A DNA stretch of 63,854 bases, filler included, from an uncultured Methanosarcinales archaeon (GCA_964604995.1; 4 parts of 4 records of this genome joined end to end with filler, not necessarily neighbours in it), one strand, 5' to 3'; positions 1 to 8,532 are shown, numbered from the whole stretch's first letter. Numbers and translations are program-made. The notes: generated by a model not told the origin, from the letters alone.

Positions 1-40
1 CATATAAGACCGGCGCTCCACCAGACTAAGCTACGGGCCC
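1..40 (-). tRNA. tRNA-Ile(UAU), 5' part only (runs off window edge; probably intron at 37/38)
   Basis: Reverse complement GGGCCCG TA GCTT AGTCTGGTG GAGC G CCGGT CT TAT A TG: acceptor 5' strand, D arm, anticodon stem 5' strand, anticodon TAT. After A37 the sequence does not continue into the ACCGG stem strand, implying an intron. Confidence 0.75.
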
Positions 41-63
41 GTCAGCTTGCCTGATAGTGGTTA

Positions 64-134
64 TGCGACAGCCGGGATTCGAACCCGGGTTACGTCCGTG
101 GCAGGGACGTGTCATACCGCTAGACTACGACCGT
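64..134 (-). tRNA. tRNA-Gly(GCC) with poorly paired acceptor stem
   Basis: ACGGTCG TA GTCTAGCGGTATGAC A CGTCC CT GCC AC GGACG TAAC CCGGG TTCGAAT CCCGG CTGTCGC A; anticodon and T arms pair perfectly. Confidence 0.85.
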
Positions 135-256
135 GTAAATTTTAACAATTACTCTATCTGTCTCGAAGCATAACTTTTTGGTAATCGCCACGAGAACGGT
201 AATTGCCACTTTAAATTAGAATTAACATGCGGTTTATAAAACTTAATGAAAAATAA

Positions 257-369
257 TGGGCCCGGCCAGATTCGAACTGGCGGCCTTCTCCGTGTAAGGG
301 AGACGTCATCTGTAGACTTCTTAGCTAAATTTTGTTCAACTAAAAAATTAACCACTAGACTACGGGCCC
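257..369 (-). tRNA. tRNA-Val(UAC) with 40-nt D-loop intron
   Basis: 5' exon GGGCCCGTAGTCTAGTGGTT (369-350), intron 349-310, 3' exon ATGACG TCTCC CT TAC AC GGAGA ... GCCAG TTCGAAT CTGGC CGGGCCC A; acceptor GGGCCCG/CGGGCCC pairs 7/7. Confidence 0.92.
310..349 (-). other. non-canonical BHB tRNA intron in the D loop
   Basis: Central helix GUGG/CUAC with 3-nt bulges UUA and AGA; the intron folds into a 13-bp hairpin (UUUUUUAGUUGAA/UUUAGCUAAGAAG, loop CAAAA). Cutting after the 2nd bulge base gives GUGGUU|AUGAC. Confidence 0.88.
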
Positions 370-1362
370 ATAATATGGCAATTCTATTCTTAAAATTTTA
401 TTACTCTTTAAAAAAGCTTCTGTTTGTTTGGTATTGGGAACTTTCCCTTTTCTAACAAACTCTTGATATTTATGAATGTGTTTCAAATTGGAGCTTCCAG
501 CACATTTAAAATATATTCTTAATTTTTCTTTACCATATAAATTTATACCCTTATTATATGGGCCAGATTTGATTTTTAATGTTTCAAATGCTTTAACACA
601 CGATTTTAATAATGATTTTGAAGTTATGGAAATGTTGAGCATAATTTTTGAATGGGGATGTCCACAAATACTACCATCTGTATCATTTATTCCTCTTAAA
701 CAAGCACAAACTTCTTCTTCTTTATGAAAGAAGATATCCAATATTTTTGGATTTCCATAACCTTTTTTTCCTTTTGGGAATCCTAAACTAATTAAAAATG
801 TAGTAATCTTTTTACTATATAACACACAATTGGCAGATTTTGTTTTCTTTGAATAGTAAATCTTTGGTTTAATGCCAAACAATTTAATTATTAAATCTGG
901 AACATATCTCTCAATGTAATCTTTATCTGCTAAAGTGTTAGAGCTTATACAAAACCCCGATAAATTTGAATAAATACATCCATCTCCTAGCAATATTCCG
1001 TAAAATTCAGCAAATTCAATAGAATGTATTTTAGGAATTTTTATTTTATTTTCTATTTCTGACTTTTTACCGATTTTTTGGCCCCAAAATGGTTCAATTA
1101 TTTCAATTCTATTTTTTACATCATTAAACTTTAGTGAGGGATGTAATTTAATTAACTTTTTAAAAACAGATAGGGGTAGGGTATTCCTTCTTCTTAACCA
1201 TCCTTGCACTATAGAATACTCTGAAATATTTAATTTGGTTGCCAAAGTTGACCAACTAAATTTATTTGATTCTTTAATTTTATATAATATTCTCCTTATG
1301 AATTTTGTTTCACCTTTAATTCTTTTCTCTATAAATCTACCATCTTTGGTTTTCATACTCAC
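355..1362 (-). CDS. Free-standing double-motif LAGLIDADG (DOD) homing endonuclease with N-terminal HTH-like domain
   Basis: Motifs EFAEFYGILLGDGCI and CLRGINDTDGSI; N-terminal SWSTLATKLNISEYSIVQGWLRR is HTH-like. Likely leaderless start at ATG 1356; last codons and TAG lie inside tRNA-Val. Confidence 0.88.
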   Translation of the reverse strand: MSMKTKDGRFIEKRIKGETKFIRRILYKIKESNKFSWSTLATKLNISEYSIVQGWLRRRNTLPLSVFKKLIKLHPSLKFNDVKNRIEIIEPFWGQKIGKKSEIENKIKIPKIHSIEFAEFYGILLGDGCIYSNLSGFCISSNTLADKDYIERYVPDLIIKLFGIKPKIYYSKKTKSANCVLYSKKITTFLISLGFPKGKKGYGNPKILDIFFHKEEEVCACLRGINDTDGSICGHPHSKIMLNISITSKSLLKSCVKAFETLKIKSGPYNKGINLYGKEKLRIYFKCAGSSNLKHIHKYQEFVRKGKVPNTKQTEAFLKSNKILRIELPYYGPVV

Positions 1363-1377
1363 TTAATAACTATTAAA

Positions 1378-1385
1378 TTTATAAA
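1378..1385 (-). promoter_or_regulatory. TATA box of the endonuclease gene
   Basis: Purine-rich BRE-like AAAGTAAAGG then TTTATAAA, about 22 nt before ATG 1356. Confidence 0.55.
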
Positions 1386-1397
1386 CCTTTACTTTAT

Positions 1398-1421
1398 TCA
1401 TAACCACTAGACCATGAGCCC
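1398..1421 (-). pseudogene. orphan intron-less 5' fragment of tRNA-Val (24 nt)
   Basis: GGGCTCATGGTCTAGTGGTTATGA matches the spliced 5' end of the downstream tRNA-Val (GGGCCCGTAGTCTAGTGGTT|ATGA) at 21/24 positions, then stops. Confidence 0.85.
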
Positions 1422-1447
1422 AATAAATAAATAGTCATTGCCTTTAT

Positions 1448-1455
1448 TTTATAAA
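1448..1455 (-). promoter_or_regulatory. TATA box of the original tRNA locus
   Basis: TTTATAAA about 27 nt upstream of G1 of the orphan tRNA fragment. Confidence 0.55.
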
Positions 1456-1516
1456 TATATTCAATTCAAACATTATTCTTATCAAGAAATTTACTAATCA
1501 TTTTATATTTTTTATT

Positions 1517-2140
1517 TCAAACTTTTTTTTGATAAAAAATTCCAAGTATATCAAATTTCTTTTTTTTCCACTTATGATAAATTTCTTCGCTTGCAAAAAC
1601 TAATTTATTTTTAACATCAACAAAAGGAGGTATTTTCGGATCGCGCCAATATCCCCTATCAACTCTTCCAATTCTTATTGTTTCATTCACTAAACTAGTG
1701 TATGCCCCAAGATCCAATACTTTGATATGTCCATAATAATCTTCAATTTTTTGATATCCCCATTTTAATTCTTGCCATTTAAACATATCAACTTTTTCAA
1801 CAAAAGAATGTTCAATATACTCAATATCAAAATCAACCCCATTTGTCATAAGTTCTAATGCTACAATGTTTAAACCCATTCTATTTTTACCAATTTTCCA
1901 TTTTTTCTTTTTACATATCTCTTTATTACTTTCACTTAATGTATCATAAACTATTTCTAAAAAACACCCATATTTTACATTTTGTCTGTTGGCAGATGAC
2001 ATATATGTTTCAATATTTTTATCCCACAAAATTTCACATGCTTTAATTAATGGTAATTCAACATAATTTTTTATTTCTTCTTTTTTTGAAATTATTACAC
2101 TACTATTTTCAATTGGGGCAATATCACTAAGTTTTTTCAT
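1517..2140 (-). CDS. hypothetical protein (207 aa)
   Basis: Long ORF with normal composition; no recognised motif. Confidence 0.7.
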   Translation of the reverse strand: MKKLSDIAPIENSSVIISKKEEIKNYVELPLIKACEILWDKNIETYMSSANRQNVKYGCFLEIVYDTLSESNKEICKKKKWKIGKNRMGLNIVALELMTNGVDFDIEYIEHSFVEKVDMFKWQELKWGYQKIEDYYGHIKVLDLGAYTSLVNETIRIGRVDRGYWRDPKIPPFVDVKNKLVFASEEIYHKWKKKKFDILGIFYQKKV

Positions 2141-2202
2141 ACATAATATTTTAGCATCGTATTATAAATAATTTTTTATACTCCTATTCATCCTTTTCTT
2201 TT

Positions 2203-3267
2203 ATGCAAGATAGAATCATGGAAATTGTTTTTGAAAAAGATGATGTTACATGGCAGCAGATTATTTATGATTTAGTTAAAAATGAACAGATGGATCCTTG
2301 GGATATTAATGTTACTTTAATTGCTGAGAAATTTATACAAATGGTTAGGCAGTTAAAAGAAATGGATTTAAGAATTTCTGGTAAGGTAATTTTAGCTGCA
2401 GCATTACTACTTAGAATCAAAGCTGTAAAATTAGTCGAAGATGATGTGACTGACTTTGATAATTTATTTATTGACCCTAATGAAATGTCAGAAGAACAAT
2501 TTTACGGTGATATTGAAGCAGAACAATTAATTGCACAAGAAATTAAACCTGGTGAAGATTTTCAATTAATACCAAGAACACCTCAACCAAGAAAAAGAAA
2601 AGTATCAGTTTATGATCTTGTTTCTGCATTGCAAAAAGCTCTTGAAGTAAAACATAGACGCATTATGCGAGATATTCCTGAAATAAGAGTTCATCTTCCA
2701 GAATATCATGTTGACATAGATGTGATTATTACTAAGTTATATGATAGAATTGAAACTTATCTTAAATCAAAAGAGATGGGTAAACTAACTTTTAGTCAAT
2801 TAGTTCCTTCAACTGAAAGATTAGACAAAGTTATGACTTTTGTTCCCCTCTTGCATTTATCTGGACAAAGAAAAATTGACTTATTACAACAGCAACATTT
2901 CGGAGAAATTGAAATTACACTTCCATCCGCAAAACCCCATGATTTAGACATGATAGCAACAGGTGAAATTGAAGATACCATGCAAGAACAAAAAGTTAAT
3001 AGCAAAAAGAAAAAAGAAAAAATACCAAAAGAAAAAATTGATGATATTAATGAAAATATTAAAGATGAAAATAAAACGATAAAAATAAAATATAAATCTA
3101 AAAAATCAGTCAATTCTTTGAATATTAATTCTTCAATTTCTGATGCTGAAAAAATCAAAGAAAACATTAAACTTGAAAATAATGGGGATATTAAAGATCC
3201 CATTCAATCTGAAAATAACAATGAGGTTAAAGATAATAAACAATTAGAAGATGATTCTAACAATTAA
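2203..3267 (+). CDS. scpA: segregation/condensation protein A (kleisin) with charged low-complexity tail
   Basis: MDPWDINVTLIAEKF, GKVILAAALLLRIKA, C-terminal winged helix FVPLLHL...IDLLQQQHFGEI. Confidence 0.9.
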   Translation: MQDRIMEIVFEKDDVTWQQIIYDLVKNEQMDPWDINVTLIAEKFIQMVRQLKEMDLRISGKVILAAALLLRIKAVKLVEDDVTDFDNLFIDPNEMSEEQFYGDIEAEQLIAQEIKPGEDFQLIPRTPQPRKRKVSVYDLVSALQKALEVKHRRIMRDIPEIRVHLPEYHVDIDVIITKLYDRIETYLKSKEMGKLTFSQLVPSTERLDKVMTFVPLLHLSGQRKIDLLQQQHFGEIEITLPSAKPHDLDMIATGEIEDTMQEQKVNSKKKKEKIPKEKIDDINENIKDENKTIKIKYKSKKSVNSLNINSSISDAEKIKENIKLENNGDIKDPIQSENNNEVKDNKQLEDDSNN

Positions 3268-3438
3268 TAATCAGCATTAATTCATTGATCTAATTTAATC
3301 AATAAATCTTTGGTAATCATTTCTTAATCTTTTATTTTGTTTAGTATCCTATTTTATCATAAAAGTATTTAAACCCTCTTTTTTTCTTAGACCTAATATA
3401 ATAAAATCATTAAAACAATAATATCCTTAAAATTAAAG

Positions 3439-4416
3439 GTGCTTAAAATTAAAGAACTAAAAATTTTTACAGGCAATGCCCATAAAGAACTTGCACAAGA
3501 AATCTCAACTTATCTAAATATCCCTTTGGGAAAAGCAACAGTTAAATCTTTTGCTGATGGTGAAATTTATGTAAAGATTGAAGAGAATGTAAGGGGATGT
3601 GATGTTTTTGTAATACAGCCAACTTCTAAATCAGTAAATCATAATCTTGTTGAATTGTCTATTATGATAGATGCTCTAAAAAGAGCATCAGCAGGAAGAA
3701 TCACTGCAGTTATACCTTATTATGGATATGCTAGGCAAGATAGGAAAGCAATGCCAAGAGAAGCAATTGCAGCAAAACTTGTTGCAAATTTATTAGTGGC
3801 TGCAGGTGCAGATCGTATTTTAACAATTGATTTACATAGTGGACAAATACAGGGATTTTTTGATATTCCTTTGGATCACATATATGCTTTACCACTACTA
3901 CAAAATTACTTCGCAAAAAAAGATATCAAAAATTTAGTTATTGTAAGTCCGGATACTGGTTCAGCAAAAAGAGCAAGTAAACTTGCAACTGAGTTTAAAG
4001 TACCAATTGCAATATTGGATAAAAGAAGACCCGAGCACAATGAAGCAAAAGTTACTAATATTGTAGGCGATGTTAAAGGAAAAAATGTAATTATTTTAGA
4101 TGATATGATAGATACCGCAGGTACAATTTGTGAAGCAGTATTTGCTTTGAAAAATGCTGGTGCAAATCAAATATATGTTGGTGCAACACATGGTATATTT
4201 TCATCTCCAGCTTTGGAAAGATTATCGAAAGTTCCAATAGAAGAAATGGTAGTCACAAACACAATACCTCAAAATGCAAATGTAAAAAACGATCTTTTTT
4301 CTAGTAAGCTTAAAATAATATCAGTAGCACCATTACTTGCAGAAGCAATAAAAAATATACATGCAGAAGAATCAGTTAGTCATTTAGCTAATGGTGGTAA
4401 ATATTTACAACATTAA
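3439..4416 (+). CDS. prs: ribose-phosphate pyrophosphokinase
   Basis: FADGE, PYYGYARQDRK, DLHSGQIQGFF, PRPP-binding ILDDMIDTAGT. Confidence 0.97.
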   Translation: MLKIKELKIFTGNAHKELAQEISTYLNIPLGKATVKSFADGEIYVKIEENVRGCDVFVIQPTSKSVNHNLVELSIMIDALKRASAGRITAVIPYYGYARQDRKAMPREAIAAKLVANLLVAAGADRILTIDLHSGQIQGFFDIPLDHIYALPLLQNYFAKKDIKNLVIVSPDTGSAKRASKLATEFKVPIAILDKRRPEHNEAKVTNIVGDVKGKNVIILDDMIDTAGTICEAVFALKNAGANQIYVGATHGIFSSPALERLSKVPIEEMVVTNTIPQNANVKNDLFSSKLKIISVAPLLAEAIKNIHAEESVSHLANGGKYLQH

Positions 4417-4453
4417 TTTATACTTTTTATAAAATTTAAGGGGGGTCAAAATC

Positions 4454-4882
4454 ATGGAGCCAAAAAAACAAGAAGATGCTGAAAAAAAACTTCAAGCAAA
4501 GTATATGGAATTTCAGTCAATTGAACAACAAATGCGACAGCTCGACAACAATTTACAAACTCTTGATGGGCAACTTATGGAAATTAAAAGTATGCAACAA
4601 TCAATAAAAGAGATGGAATCTATTAAAAAAAATTCAGAGATTATGGTGCCTGTTGCAGCAGGTATGTTTGTAAAAGGCACAATAACTGATAGTAATATTA
4701 TTTTAGTCAATGTGGGAAACAATGTTTTAGTTGACAAAACAATTCCTCAGGCAGTTGAATTATTGGAAAAACAAATAGGTGAGATGTCTGGGATAAGGGC
4801 ACAGATAATTGCACAATTAAATAAAATGAGTGCTAAGATGCAAACACTTGATAATGAATTGCAAAAATTGGTACAAGGTTAA
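4454..4882 (+). CDS. pfdA: prefoldin subunit alpha
   Basis: Coiled coil / beta hairpins (EIMVPVAAGMFVKG, ILVNVGNNVLVDK) / coiled coil; conserved position upstream of ftsY. Confidence 0.92.
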   Translation: MEPKKQEDAEKKLQAKYMEFQSIEQQMRQLDNNLQTLDGQLMEIKSMQQSIKEMESIKKNSEIMVPVAAGMFVKGTITDSNIILVNVGNNVLVDKTIPQAVELLEKQIGEMSGIRAQIIAQLNKMSAKMQTLDNELQKLVQG

Positions 4883-4967
4883 TTTATGTACTTATTTTTA
4901 AAAAATGATAAAATATAAACAAATAATAAAATATAAACTAAAGGAATAGTTAAATCAAAAATGATGG

Positions 4968-6524
4968 GTGAAAAAAATGTTTGGTTTTCTTAAGGAAAAA
5001 ATCAAGAATGCGATTTCTAAATTAAAGAAAACTGTAGAAGATAGTCCGGATGTAAATGGTTCAGATATAAAAGAAAAACCTGAACAAAAATCCGAACACA
5101 AAATAGAACATAAACCCGAACATAAAATTGAACCTAAATCCAATTCCAAATCTGAAAAATCTGAAACTAAAAAAGATACAAAAAAAGAGCATGAAAAAAA
5201 ACTAAAAATTACAGAAAAATTAAAAGAGGAAACTAAAGAAGAAATAAAAAAAGAAATCAAACTTTCAAAAGAACCTTTAGTCAAAGAAAAAAAATCTAAG
5301 GAACACTCAAAATTAAAAGAAGAAGTAGAGCATGAAAAACCAATTCTTAATACCTCTCCGAAGAAAAAAAGTTTCTTTTCAAAAATTGCACAAACATTCA
5401 CAGGTAAAAAAGATGATGTAAAACTCAAGGATGATGTAAAATCAAAAACAGAAAAAATAGAAACAAAAACCTCTGAAATAAACTTACCTGAGACAAAAAC
5501 TTTAGAAATTAAAAAAGAAATCCCTATTAAAGATGAAAAATTAAATAAACAAACTGTAGGGGAGAAAAAAGCAGAAGAAAAAGCAGAAGATGCTATTGAA
5601 AATATCCCTAAAGAGAAAAAAGGTTTCTTTGAAAAATTAAGTGAAGCTGTTACAACTAAATCTTTATCAGATGAAAAATTTGAAGAAATATTTTGGGAAC
5701 TTGAAATTGGTCTAATGGAAAGTAATGTTGCAATGGAAGTTATTGAAAAAATAAAATCAGATTTGAAAAAAGAATTGGTTAATACCAAATTAAAAATTGG
5801 AAAAACTGAAGAAGTTATTATTTCTACTCTTAAAAAATCAATTGAAGAACTATTTGAAATAGATAATATTGATATTTTTAAAGCAATTCAATCTAGAAAA
5901 GAAGAATCAAAAAATGGTCAAAAAAATCCTTATGTAATCTGTTTTTTTGGTGTAAATGGTTCTGGTAAAACTACAACAATTGCAAAAATTGCAAGTAAAT
6001 TAAAAAAAGAAAATATATCTTGTGTAATTGCTGCAGCAGATACTTTTAGAGCAGCAGCAATACACCAATTAGAAGAACACGCATCAAGAATTGATGTGAA
6101 ATTAATTAAACACGATTATGGTGCAGATCCAGCAGCTGTTGCATATGATGCAGTTGAACATGCCAAGGCAAAAGGAAAAGAAGTTGTTTTAATTGATACT
6201 GCAGGAAGACAACATTCAAATGCAAATTTGATTGACGAAATGAAAAAGATAATACGAGTAGTAAAACCAGATTTGAAAGTTTTTGTTGGTGATTCGCTAA
6301 CTGGAAATGATGTAGTTGAACAAGCTACAAGTTTTGATTTGGCAGTTGGAATAGATGCAATAATTCTTACAAAAACAGATGTTGATGAAAAAGGAGGAGC
6401 TGCTATATCAATTTCTTATGTAACTAAAAAGCCAATAATCTTTATTGGTCTTGGACAATCTTATGAAGATCTTAAACCCTTTGATAAAAATGTAGTTATA
6501 AAAAATTTGGGCCTTGAAGTTTGA
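4968..6524 (+). CDS. ftsY: SRP receptor FtsY with long K/E-rich N-terminus
   Basis: GVNGSGKTTT, DTFRAAA, DTAGR, TKTD, GLGQSYEDL. Confidence 0.97.
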   Translation: MKKMFGFLKEKIKNAISKLKKTVEDSPDVNGSDIKEKPEQKSEHKIEHKPEHKIEPKSNSKSEKSETKKDTKKEHEKKLKITEKLKEETKEEIKKEIKLSKEPLVKEKKSKEHSKLKEEVEHEKPILNTSPKKKSFFSKIAQTFTGKKDDVKLKDDVKSKTEKIETKTSEINLPETKTLEIKKEIPIKDEKLNKQTVGEKKAEEKAEDAIENIPKEKKGFFEKLSEAVTTKSLSDEKFEEIFWELEIGLMESNVAMEVIEKIKSDLKKELVNTKLKIGKTEEVIISTLKKSIEELFEIDNIDIFKAIQSRKEESKNGQKNPYVICFFGVNGSGKTTTIAKIASKLKKENISCVIAAADTFRAAAIHQLEEHASRIDVKLIKHDYGADPAAVAYDAVEHAKAKGKEVVLIDTAGRQHSNANLIDEMKKIIRVVKPDLKVFVGDSLTGNDVVEQATSFDLAVGIDAIILTKTDVDEKGGAAISISYVTKKPIIFIGLGQSYEDLKPFDKNVVIKNLGLEV

Positions 6525-6603
6525 TTAAAGTTTGATTAAATGTTGATATTGTAATAAACATTTATACAATTAATATTTATTTTTATAATCTTAAGGTGTT
6601 AAA

Positions 6604-7371
6604 ATGAAAATAATATCTTTGGCTCCATCAAATACTGAAATTCTTTTTGCATTAGGTTTAGGAAAAGAAATCATTGCAACTACTAAATACTGTGATTTTC
6701 CAGATGATGCAAAATATAAACCTAAAATTGGAGGCTGGCTTGATATAAATTTTGAAAAGTTGCAAAAATTAAAACCAGATGTTGTTTTTACTTCTAATTT
6801 TTTACAATCTGAAATTGTTGAAAGACTCCATAATCTTAAATTAAATATAGTGCATGTTAATCCAATTAATCTTGATGAAGTTTATGAAAGTATACTTACA
6901 ATTGGCGAAGCAACTAATCATTCAACTAAAGCACAAGGAATTGTTGATGCCATGAAAAGAAAAATCAATTTAGTTAAAGAATTTAATCAACATAAATCTA
7001 AAATAAAAGTTTATTGTGAAGAATGGAATAATCCATTTACAGTATCTGGAAATTGGGTACCTGAATTAATCGAATTTGCAGGAGGAGTTAGCTATTTAAA
7101 AAAAGGAAAGAAAAGTATCGAAGTTGAAGTTGATCAAATAGCAAAATTCAATCCACATATTGTTTTGATTGCATGGACAAATATTGGTAGAAGAACCAAT
7201 CTTAACAATATTCAATTGAGACCAATTTGGAATACAATTCCTGCTTTTAAAAAAGGGCAAATTTTTGCAATAGATGATTCTTTATTAAATAGGCCAGGTC
7301 CAAGATTGGTTGAAGGTGTACTAAAAATTTCACAAATTATCAATAAATATAGAGATGAACAAATTACATGA
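6604..7371 (+). CDS. BtuF-like cobalamin/Fe-siderophore-binding protein (no signal peptide)
   Basis: IISLAPSNTEILFALG, CDFP, LKPD, RPGPRLVEG. Confidence 0.85.
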   Translation: MKIISLAPSNTEILFALGLGKEIIATTKYCDFPDDAKYKPKIGGWLDINFEKLQKLKPDVVFTSNFLQSEIVERLHNLKLNIVHVNPINLDEVYESILTIGEATNHSTKAQGIVDAMKRKINLVKEFNQHKSKIKVYCEEWNNPFTVSGNWVPELIEFAGGVSYLKKGKKSIEVEVDQIAKFNPHIVLIAWTNIGRRTNLNNIQLRPIWNTIPAFKKGQIFAIDDSLLNRPGPRLVEGVLKISQIINKYRDEQIT

Positions 7372-8093
7372 ACAAATTGAAAATGATAAAATCCTCTAGT
7401 TTTAGAATTGGAAGAAAAGAATCACTAAAAATCAATAATGCAATTATTAGGGCAAAAAAAATTAGGGCAAAGAAAATAATACACTCATTGTCTAAACAAT
7501 ATTCTAAGTCTAAAATCTCACTTAATTATTCAAATTCTTTAGAACTTTTAATTGCAGTTATGCTATCTGCACAATGTACCGATAAAATGGTAAACAAAGT
7601 TACTGAAACACTTTTTAAAAAATATAAAACTGTCAAAGATTTTGCTCAAGCTGATATTTCAATTTTAGAGCAAGACATAAAATCAACCGGTTTTTATAGA
7701 AATAAAGCTGCAAATATCAAAAAAACTTGTCAGTTATTAATCAAAGAATTTGGTGGCAATGTTCCACATACTATGGATGAAATTTTAAAGTTACATGGCG
7801 TTGCAAGAAAAACTGCAAATATAGTTTTGGGCAATGCTTTTGGTATTATTGAGGGAATTGCAGTAGACACTCATGTTAGAAGATTATCACAAAGATTGGG
7901 TTTAACTAAAAATCAAAATCCGATAAAAATAGAGCAGGATCTAATGCAGATAATTCCTAAAGAGTTATGGCTTGATATCACTTATTTTATTATCGAACAT
8001 GGAAGAAAGGTATGTAAAGCTCCAATTCCTATTTGCAGTAAATGTAAACTTATAAAGATGTGCCCGAAAATAGGGGTTACAAAGTTTAAGTAA
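7368..8093 (+). CDS. nth: endonuclease III
   Basis: LSAQCTD, HhH LHGVARKTAN, VDTHV, 4Fe-4S motif C-x6-C-x2-C-x5-C. Confidence 0.96.
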   Translation: MNKLKMIKSSSFRIGRKESLKINNAIIRAKKIRAKKIIHSLSKQYSKSKISLNYSNSLELLIAVMLSAQCTDKMVNKVTETLFKKYKTVKDFAQADISILEQDIKSTGFYRNKAANIKKTCQLLIKEFGGNVPHTMDEILKLHGVARKTANIVLGNAFGIIEGIAVDTHVRRLSQRLGLTKNQNPIKIEQDLMQIIPKELWLDITYFIIEHGRKVCKAPIPICSKCKLIKMCPKIGVTKFK

Positions 8094-8165
8094 TTTCTAT
8101 CAATTATGCTTCTAAAAGAAATATTAAAGGAAAGGATTAAAAATACATTATATTTCTAATTTATT

Positions 8166-8420
8166 ATGGGAAAATACAAAATTGAACATGACAGACCAAA
8201 TTGTATAGGTTGCGCTGCATGCGCTGCAGTTGCCTGTGAATTTTGGGAAATGAATGACGATGGTAAATCAGATTGCTTAGGTTCAACAAAAAGACAAGAT
8301 GGATGGGAAGAAAAAGAAATTGAAGATAAAGATTTTGCACAAAATAAAGAAGCAGCAGATGCATGCCCGGTAAATGTAATACATATTGTTGATAAAGAAA
8401 CCAAAAAAAGAATTATTTAA
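8166..8420 (+). CDS. single-cluster ferredoxin
   Basis: CIGCAAC ... CPVNVI. Confidence 0.92.
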   Translation: MGKYKIEHDRPNCIGCAACAAVACEFWEMNDDGKSDCLGSTKRQDGWEEKEIEDKDFAQNKEAADACPVNVIHIVDKETKKRII

Positions 8421-8532
8421 TTTGGATTAATCTTCTATTATTCTTAAATGATCTTTATTCTTAAATAATCTAAACATTATTCTTTATATTAAGCATTACA
8501 ATTATATATTAGTTTTTCATAATGCTTTTATT

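Noticed and set aside
149..455. ORFs 149-355 (-) and 246-455 (+)
   Set aside because: They overlap tRNA-Val; shadow frames of GC-rich tRNA sequence.
310..1401. Endonuclease as cargo of one giant tRNA intron running from the orphan fragment to the 3' exon
   Set aside because: The orphan acceptor GGGCTCA pairs worse with CGGGCCC (A7.C66 mismatch) than the proximal GGGCCCG, and the proximal exon already forms a complete local BHB. Not strictly excluded, but disfavoured.
257..2140. Integrase-type genomic island or provirus at the tRNA cluster
   Set aside because: No integrase, viral genes or 3'-end att duplication. The duplicated piece is the tRNA 5' end and brackets only the endonuclease.
2203..3267. 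scpA without adjacent smc or scpB
   Set aside because: These genes are often unlinked in archaea; nothing can be concluded from one fragmented window.
4955..5788. 277-aa antisense ORF rich in F/S/L (likewise 2796-3203, 18083-18757 and others)
   Set aside because: Antisense shadows of K/E-rich or well-supported genes on the other strand.
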